A DNA stretch of 64,000 bases from Eubacteriales bacterium (lineage in GTDB: Bacteria > Bacillota > Clostridia > Christensenellales > UBA1750), in the NCBI GenBank assembly GCA_031551255.1, contig JAVBNW010000066.1, positions 8,955 to 72,954 on the forward strand. Direction: 5' to 3'. The notes under the pieces were generated by a model. The model was not told the DNA's origin, did no database searches, and worked only from the letters and a program-made list of their open reading frames with translations. Each line of letters starts with the position of its first letter. Within the stretch, counting starts at the first letter, position 1. This document shows, piece by piece, positions 57,510 through 64,000 of the stretch. Position numbers and translations under genes: made by a program.

Positions 57510-58535
57510 TTACGAATTCGGCGGCTGGGAGCCCCCTTGCTGCGGAGGCGCGGGCATCTGGGGCGGATACATGTGCGGCGGCGGCGCTTTGGGCTTGCGG
57601 TTCTTTTTGCTGAACGGCCAGCGCTTCGCGCAGAGCCTGAAGATGACTAAGAACACCCCAAACCCCGCCGCGAGCAGCGCGAACACGGGCAGAAGCATCG
57701 CCAGCACCACCAGCAGGCCGCGAAGGAACGCGAACACGCCGTTGCTCGAATTGACAAAGCCGGATGCGATGTTATCCCATAGGCTGCCGCTGCCGGTGTT
57801 GATCTGCGCTTCGAGTTGCTCGTGCAGGGTGACGGTTACGGTCGCGTAATCGATCTGCGCGTCCATATGCCGAAGCTCGGATGTCATGGATTCCAGCTGC
57901 AAGAGCACGTCGTTGATCTCCTGTTGCAGGCGGATGACGGTTTCGACGTCGTCGGACTGAAGCTGTAGCTCTTGCAAATGCTTAAGATTTTGCTCCAGCA
58001 CGTCGATGCGGATTTGGGTGTCGACATATCGTTCCGTCAAATCGGTATCGCGGGTGGATTCGTTCGTCACCTCGCCCACCGTGCGCAGGAACTCCAAAAA
58101 GCTGTCAAAGCGGGTTTCCGGAAGACGGGCTACCAAGTAGCCGCTGCGCGGCGTATCCCCGCCGTAGTTGGAGATATCGGCCTGTTCAAAAAAGCCGCCC
58201 GCATCCGAAACCGCCGCGCGCAGCGACGCGAGATCCTCGTCAAACCCCTTGGTGCTGATGCTGAAGTTGGCCGTGCGCACGATTTTGCGGCCTTGCGCGA
58301 CGGGCACGTCGGCGATGCCCGACTCGCCCGCCGCAAGTTCGAGCATCTCCCTTTCCATTGCGACGCCGCCATCCATATCCTGCGCGGCATAGGAAGACCC
58401 TCCAGAGCCGTAGTTGGCCGCGTAGGGCACGCTGTCCGGCGCCTTGCTCGGCGAGGCGGCGCAACCGCATGCGAGCAGGACGACCGACGTCAACAGGAAA
58501 CCGGCGAGCAGTTGCAAGCGTTTATGTGTTTTCAT
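57510..58535 (-). CDS. DUF4349 domain lipoprotein
   Basis: RKIVRTA..GG..RLP..DLTERYVD..DYATVTVTL; lipobox-like Cys; C-terminal TM. Confidence 0.88.
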   Translation of the reverse strand: MKTHKRLQLLAGFLLTSVVLLACGCAASPSKAPDSVPYAANYGSGGSSYAAQDMDGGVAMEREMLELAAGESGIADVPVAQGRKIVRTANFSISTKGFDEDLASLRAAVSDAGGFFEQADISNYGGDTPRSGYLVARLPETRFDSFLEFLRTVGEVTNESTRDTDLTERYVDTQIRIDVLEQNLKHLQELQLQSDDVETVIRLQQEINDVLLQLESMTSELRHMDAQIDYATVTVTLHEQLEAQINTGSGSLWDNIASGFVNSSNGVFAFLRGLLVVLAMLLPVFALLAAGFGVFLVIFRLCAKRWPFSKKNRKPKAPPPHMYPPQMPAPPQQGGSQPPNS

Positions 58536-58563
58536 ACTTTCCCCTCCTCTTCTTTGCCTGTTT

Positions 58564-58589
58564 GACGCGCTTTCCATGCAAATGGTTGC
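58564..58589 (-). promoter_or_regulatory. ECF sigma promoter candidate
   Basis: GCAACC..., AAC-17bp-CGTC. Confidence 0.65.
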
Positions 58590-58692
58590 AGTATTTTCCA
58601 ACAACATCGCACAAGATGCGCCAATATATGCGAATTAGCGCAAAAAGCAGGCCGCATCTTGGCAGCCTGCTTATTTCGTGCTCCCGCCCTTA

Positions 58693-59733
58693 TTACTCTT
58701 CGATATCGATCTTGAGCGCCTTCATCAGCGCGCGCATATAGCCGATGGCGTACGCGACGCCGGTCACCCAGGTCTCCTTCACGTTCATCTGCGGCACGTG
58801 ATCGGGGATCAGCATGCCCTTGTAGCCGTTGTCTCTGAAGATCTCCATCGCCCTGATCATATCCACATCGCCGGTGTCGATGAACTCTTCGTAATACTCG
58901 GGCAACTGGCCGCGCACGTTGCGGAAGTGGACATAGGCGACCTTTTTAAGCTTGGAGAAATGATCGATCGCCTGGTATACGTACTCGGGGCCGAACGGCA
59001 TTTCGCTGAACGTGCCCTGGCAGAACTCCACCATGCAGTTGTCGCTGGGGTGGCGCCCAAACATGCGGTCGTAGCGGTCGATCTTCACCAAAAGGCGGTT
59101 CACCTGGCGCATGACCGGCACGGGCGGATCTTCCGGATGCGCGGCGATCTTCACGCCGAACTCTTCGGCGACGGGCAGGATGTTGTCAAGGAAGTAATCA
59201 AGCCTCTCCCACATCGTCTCTTCCGACACATAGCCCTGGTCGCCCGGCTCGGGGTTTTCTTCGTTTTGACGGCCCCATGCATAGCCGTGGGGAACCGGGG
59301 TGTCGAAATCTTCGATATCGCTCTTTTTAAACACCGGCGTGTGCGCGCCGCCGCGGGCGAGCGGCAAAAGCTTGCGCCCCGCAACCGCCGCTATACTGAA
59401 GTTATAGCCCATCACCGGTATGCCCGCGCGGCCCATGTTTTCGATGGTGCGCTTTACGTTGTCCATCTGCTGCGCGCGGTCCGGCCTGCCCAGCAATACT
59501 TTATACCAATGCGCGGGCAGAAAGTTTTCAATCGCTTCAAGCTTAAGCCCGTGCGCCTCCACCTGCCCAACCAGCGCGGTCAGATCCTCGAGCGTCCAAT
59601 AGCCCTTATCGTCGTTTGGCATCATGCCGTGATCCGGAATGTGCACCATGATGTGACTCACGCCGATTTGCTTGGCAAACGCGAGCGTGTCCTCGGTGAA
59701 AATGCTGGGGTAGAAGCCTAATCCGACTTTCAT
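58693..59733 (-). CDS. uxuA: Mannonate dehydratase family protein
   Basis: HPEDPP, FCQGT, HFRNV, FIDTGDVDM, PDHVP. Confidence 0.88.
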   Translation of the reverse strand: MKVGLGFYPSIFTEDTLAFAKQIGVSHIMVHIPDHGMMPNDDKGYWTLEDLTALVGQVEAHGLKLEAIENFLPAHWYKVLLGRPDRAQQMDNVKRTIENMGRAGIPVMGYNFSIAAVAGRKLLPLARGGAHTPVFKKSDIEDFDTPVPHGYAWGRQNEENPEPGDQGYVSEETMWERLDYFLDNILPVAEEFGVKIAAHPEDPPVPVMRQVNRLLVKIDRYDRMFGRHPSDNCMVEFCQGTFSEMPFGPEYVYQAIDHFSKLKKVAYVHFRNVRGQLPEYYEEFIDTGDVDMIRAMEIFRDNGYKGMLIPDHVPQMNVKETWVTGVAYAIGYMRALMKALKIDIEE

Positions 59734-59783
59734 GGGGAATCCTCCTCGTTTTTTATGTGGCCGACCGCATTTGCTGCGGCTAC

Positions 59784-61907
59784 CTATTGGGAGCTCTTAA
59801 CGGAGGCCATCCGGTAGTGCGCGTGGCCGCCCTTATCCACCCGGAAGCCGATCATGCCGCTCAGATATGGGTTATTGTCATCCGTCGCGGCAAGAACAGG
59901 TTTCCCTTCGCTAAAGATCTCGATGGAATTGCCCTTCGCCCTCGCGGTGAAGACGTACTCTTTCCCGATCGCCAACGGCATATCCACAGAGGCAAGCGTG
60001 CGCCACGCGCCCAGTTCGTTCTTTTGCAGCAGAACCTTTTCGCCCTCGAGCACGATCGAATAGCCGCGGGCCGCACCCTGGTTGCGGAACGAAAAACCGC
60101 ACACCCCATCGATAACAGGGGTGAACGCGCACGTCATCTCCACATCCTTCCAGCGGACATCGCCGGTATAGCAGGCGCCAAAGTCTGCGCAGCTACCCGA
60201 AAGCAAGCCGTCCTCGAGCAGCCAGTGCCCTTTTAGATAGGTCGTTTGGCTCACCTCGCGGTGCAGCCCCGTGTAGCCTTCCATCCGCTCGCGCGAAAAG
60301 TCGAGTTCGTAATCCGCTCCGCCCGAAAAGTCCATGGAGCCCAGCAACACGGCGGCATCGCCGCCCTCCAGAGGCAGAAGCTCCACGCCCACCTGCTCGA
60401 TGCACGCGCCGCTGAGGCGCGGAATGGCGAGCCGCAAAACCTGCCATGCGCCCGAGGTGATCTCTTCCGCCGGTCCGCGATATATATTTCCGCTGTTGCC
60501 GTCCAGTGCATACACGCACGCGCGGACGCGGGGCGCCCAATCCGGGCGCTGAAGCGCCGCCTCGATCGTCTGGCCCGGGTATACGATCGGAGAAAAACAA
60601 GGGTCGTAGCGATTGTCGTGAAAGTGCTCGGGCCTATAGTACGTGCGGTGGTAAAGCCTGAGTGGGTTGCCCGCCGCCGCGCCCTTCCATACGGTCTTCA
60701 ATGCGCGCCCTCCGGAGGGCCGCGCCTCGTTGGCCAGAAACATTTCCGGGTTCTTGCGACCGTCGTGCTCCAACCTAAACGCGTGCGTGGAGCCGGGCAG
60801 CGCAAACGAAAAGCGCGGCCCGTTTAAAAAGGCGCGTACATCGGCAGGGGGCTCCACCCCCGCATTGCGATAGGCGATGCGCGCCATGGTTCGCACGTTA
60901 TCCGGCAAATCCATGATGTTCAGGCTGCCCACCACGCTGGAGGCGGCGAGGAAATCGTTAACGGGCCTGCGCCATTTTTCAAAATCGATGCCTGCAAGCC
61001 CCACCAGCGTGCCTATGATCGCGCCTACATTGCCCACGTTGCAGTCGGTATCCCAGCCCGCCATGTTGCAGATGTTGATCGTGCGGTCGAAATTCCCCTT
61101 GCCGTACAACATGGCCATGATCATCACCGCCGCGTTGGGGATGATGTGGCAATTGCCCGGATAGCGGTCGTAGCCCCAATGGCCGATGATGTGCTCCATG
61201 CACGCGCGCCAGTCTTTGGCCGCATCGGCGTCGTAAAACGCCATGACGTCCCGCGCAGCGCGCGCATACTCGCACTCGTCGGGGATGTGCCCGAGCGCGG
61301 TTTCCAGAACGCCGCGCATATTCGAGGCGGTAAAAGCTGCGGCGATCGCAGAGGCGACAAATACGCCGCCGTAGATGCCGTTGCCGCCATGGCTCACCGA
61401 CGCGGCTTTCGCGGCAAACTCGGCGGCAAGCCCCGGGTTGCCGGGGCAGATGAGCCCCCATGTATCGATAAAGATCTGCCCGCCGATCTGCTCGGCCACC
61501 ATCGCGCCGTTTTGCTCCATCGAGCCGGATCTTGGCGCCGGGATGCCTGCGCGCAGGTTGAGGTATGCGGTGTGCTCGGTGGATTTCCCGTACCCGCCCC
61601 ACCAGTACATGCCGTGCTCATAGGGCGCGTAGTTAACCCACGCGTGACCGATCTGCTCGGCCGTAACATCTCTTGGGGCCGCAAGCCGCTCATCCTCCAG
61701 CGCGCGAAGGAAGAACATCGGGCCGTTCGTGTCGTCGTCGGCAGCGAACTCGCGATAATCCACCAAATAGCCGTCGATTTCACCGAGCGCCCGCTGAATG
61801 CGCGCGTAATCCCAGCCTTCTATCGGCGCGCCGTGGCGCACGCCGATCACCTTCCCCAGCCAACCGGCATAGCACCTCTCCAGGTAATCCGAAGGAATTT
61901 CCCACAT
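59784..61907 (-). CDS. ADP-ribosylglycohydrolase family protein with C-terminal beta-sandwich domains
   Basis: YAGWLGK..G.P.EGW, DDDT, GWDTDCN; RBS CAGGAGG. Confidence 0.9.
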   Translation of the reverse strand: MWEIPSDYLERCYAGWLGKVIGVRHGAPIEGWDYARIQRALGEIDGYLVDYREFAADDDTNGPMFFLRALEDERLAAPRDVTAEQIGHAWVNYAPYEHGMYWWGGYGKSTEHTAYLNLRAGIPAPRSGSMEQNGAMVAEQIGGQIFIDTWGLICPGNPGLAAEFAAKAASVSHGGNGIYGGVFVASAIAAAFTASNMRGVLETALGHIPDECEYARAARDVMAFYDADAAKDWRACMEHIIGHWGYDRYPGNCHIIPNAAVMIMAMLYGKGNFDRTINICNMAGWDTDCNVGNVGAIIGTLVGLAGIDFEKWRRPVNDFLAASSVVGSLNIMDLPDNVRTMARIAYRNAGVEPPADVRAFLNGPRFSFALPGSTHAFRLEHDGRKNPEMFLANEARPSGGRALKTVWKGAAAGNPLRLYHRTYYRPEHFHDNRYDPCFSPIVYPGQTIEAALQRPDWAPRVRACVYALDGNSGNIYRGPAEEITSGAWQVLRLAIPRLSGACIEQVGVELLPLEGGDAAVLLGSMDFSGGADYELDFSRERMEGYTGLHREVSQTTYLKGHWLLEDGLLSGSCADFGACYTGDVRWKDVEMTCAFTPVIDGVCGFSFRNQGAARGYSIVLEGEKVLLQKNELGAWRTLASVDMPLAIGKEYVFTARAKGNSIEIFSEGKPVLAATDDNNPYLSGMIGFRVDKGGHAHYRMASVKSSQ

Positions 61908-62082
61908 GCGGCGTCCCTCCTGACGATAGACGATATAACAATGCCTGTCTCTATGCATTATAGCGCGAAGCACGGGCGAAGAACAGAGGCGCGCGGAAAA
62001 GGTTCCCGCAATCCCATTCCCATGGCAGATTTGCAAACGGCGCACAAACCCTTGTGTTTCCCGAAAGGCGATGATATTTTGA

Positions 62083-62244
62083 TATAGTCGCCGAACCCCA
62101 AAACGCTCAAAAGACAGCGAACGGGAGGTTTTCCTCGCGAGAAAGGGGAAGGAGGCATAGCCGTAGCTATGGCGACTAAGCCTGACAATGCGAGGGGAAC
62201 CGATCCGTCGCTGGACTTGAGCGTTTTGGGGTTCGGTGACTATA
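62083..62244. repeat. 162-bp TA-flanked hairpin element (MITE/REP-like), copy B
   Basis: 28-bp terminal IRs with one mismatch; core nearly identical to 39125..39284. Confidence 0.9.
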
Positions 62245-62281
62245 GTAAAACGCCGCGCACAGGAACGCAAAGGAGGGTACC

Positions 62282-63616
62282 ATGGGCAAGACTCGCATCT
62301 CCACCGACGGCATCGATTTTCGGATGAACGGTCGACTCACCTACAGCGACATCCCCGGCTCAAACCCCGCCGCCCACGGCCTTTTGATGAACGCCCGCTT
62401 CATACAGGGCATCTTCGACGACAAGGCCGCCCCTTCGCGCTTCCACCGCTTTGGCCTGGCGTTTGACCCCGAGCGCAACACCGACGACCTCATCGCGGCG
62501 CTGCCTCAGTGGTACGCCTGTGGGCTTCGCGCCATCACGGTGGGGATGCAGGGCGGCGGCCCGTGCTTCACCCTCAGAAACGAAACCATCGACAACAACC
62601 CCTTCGGCGAAGGCGGCGCGAGCGTAGACCTGCGGTATTTGGCCAGGCTTGACCGCCTTCTCACCGCTGCCGACGGCCTTGGCATGGCGGTGATCGTCAG
62701 CTGCCTATACGAGGGGCAGGTGAGCCGCCTCAAGGACGACGACGCCGTCATCAATGCGGTGAAGCTTACGTGCAACCACCTGCGCGACGGCGGCCACACC
62801 AACGTCATCGTCGAAACCTCCAACGAATATAACATCAAAACCGCGCACCCCATCGTATGCACCGAAGAAGGCATGCTACGCCTGATGGACATCGCGCGCC
62901 GAGAAAGTGGCGGCATGCCCGTAGGCTGCAGCGGAACGGGCGGCCATTTTAGCCGGGCGATCGTAAAGGCGTCCGACGTCGCGCTGATCCACGGCAACGG
63001 AATCACGCGCAACCGCCTTGCCCAGCTGATCGACCAATGCCGCCAGGCCAACCCCGATGTGCCCATCGTGTGCAACGAGGATTCCCAGGATATCACCCAA
63101 ATTCCGGTTTGTATGCGCGCCCATGCCTCCTGGGGATACTACAACAACATGACGAAGCAGGAGCCGCCCGCGCGCTGGGGCGTGCTGCCCGGCGAGGACG
63201 CGTATTTCGCCCGCCGCATGGCCAAGGCGCTAGGCATCGCCTCAGATTCCGCGGCTCCGGACGCGGAATATCGGCTCATGGGCATGGAGGCCGAGCGGTC
63301 GGGCGTGTTCGAGACGGCCGACAGCCCGAAGTTTGATAAGACGCTTCATCTTGACGATGGCAACAAGCCCGCTCCGCTTCGCTGGCTCAGGCTGGCGGCA
63401 CTCTACCCCGAGCAGATCGACCATGTGGTGTTTTACGCCGACGGAAAACAGATCGAAACGGTGTACGACACGCCGTTTCTCACCCGCATGATCGGCAACT
63501 GGTATCACGCGCCGGTGGCGGGCCTTTCCGCTTCCTCTTCCGTCTGGGCGGACGTGGCGCTGCGAAGCGGCGAAACGGTGCGGGTGGAGGCTTCGCGCTC
63601 TTGCGTGGAGCCGTAG
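62282..63616 (+). CDS. Putative glycoside hydrolase (clan GH-A-like TIM barrel)
   Basis: RLDRLLTAAD..GM.V, ETSNE, IHGN, PIVCNE. Confidence 0.6.
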   Translation: MGKTRISTDGIDFRMNGRLTYSDIPGSNPAAHGLLMNARFIQGIFDDKAAPSRFHRFGLAFDPERNTDDLIAALPQWYACGLRAITVGMQGGGPCFTLRNETIDNNPFGEGGASVDLRYLARLDRLLTAADGLGMAVIVSCLYEGQVSRLKDDDAVINAVKLTCNHLRDGGHTNVIVETSNEYNIKTAHPIVCTEEGMLRLMDIARRESGGMPVGCSGTGGHFSRAIVKASDVALIHGNGITRNRLAQLIDQCRQANPDVPIVCNEDSQDITQIPVCMRAHASWGYYNNMTKQEPPARWGVLPGEDAYFARRMAKALGIASDSAAPDAEYRLMGMEAERSGVFETADSPKFDKTLHLDDGNKPAPLRWLRLAALYPEQIDHVVFYADGKQIETVYDTPFLTRMIGNWYHAPVAGLSASSSVWADVALRSGETVRVEASRSCVEP

Positions 63617-63625
63617 CGCGTAAAA

Positions 63626-63655
63626 GAATGCCCGACTCAATGGAGCCGGGCATTC
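63626..63655. terminator. Hairpin between convergent genes
   Basis: GAATGCCCG..CGGGCATTC. Confidence 0.6.
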
Positions 63656-63670
63656 CCATGTCCCGCCGTG

Positions 63671-64000
63671 TTACATGTATCTACGGTACACTTTGGTGAA
63701 GTACTCTTTGTACATATCCGACGGGGTGGCGACTTGGCCCAATTCCTTGCTCGGCATAGAATTGATGCTCAGGGATTTTGTCCAGCTGATTACGGGATAG
63801 CGGCCGTACTCCTGGCCTGCTGATGTATAGATTCCCTTGAATCTTTCCGCCTTGCTCTCAGACATGAAAAGCACATAATCCTTTCCTGGGATGGAGGGCA
63901 TATAGTTCCCCTCATGATACAAGATCTCTTCGCCACTCGCATCGTCGAAATAGTACGGCTCCACAAATGGCACCTGATCGCCTACCGACAAATCCCCTTC
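63671..64000 (-). CDS. Hypothetical protein, 5' end beyond window
   Basis: Open frame to the edge; PGKDYVLFM..GRY C-terminal pattern. Confidence 0.7.
   Translation of the reverse strand, partial: EGDLSVGDQVPFVEPYYFDDASGEEILYHEGNYMPSIPGKDYVLFMSESKAERFKGIYTSAGQEYGRYPVISWTKSLSINSMPSKELGQVATPSDMYKEYFTKVYRRYM

Noticed and set aside
61908-62270. N-terminal extension of the 828-aa ORF
   Set aside because: Reads through the repeat element; the start at 61907 has an RBS and the family N-terminus

Overview
A high-GC Bacillota (Clostridia-like) chromosomal window; the taxon is inferred from gene content, not determined. The left ~29 kb lies downstream of the 3' end of rlmD, a known integration hotspot, and looks like a decaying genomic island. 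It holds a lipoprotein/zinc-ribbon operon, three polytopic-membrane LuxR regulators (two with tandem HTHs) plus a stand-alone HTH, an LRR surface protein divergent from a MalT/BTAD regulator, and an orphan ICE-type small ORF with no recombinase. It also holds a divergent pair of signal-peptide-less Cys-rich proteins (five Ig-like repeats; NHL plus pilin-like isopeptide domains) behind a sigmaK-like promoter, a large MerR fusion operon with a 19-bp-spacer promoter, and a Rep-like gene. The right part is mostly core or metabolic: rlmD, small accessory genes and pseudogenes next to two tRNA-Ser, a degenerate pstCAB-phoU operon (no pstS; PstB lacks its Q-loop Gln, LSGGQ signature and His switch), an ECF sigma operon whose promoter motif recurs twice elsewhere, rnr, secG, three M42 peptidases, two transglutaminase-like proteins and sugar-acid genes. 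Several TA-flanked hairpin elements of 160-260 bp lie between genes, and one family shows compensatory base changes. All family calls come from motif recognition by eye; no searches were run.
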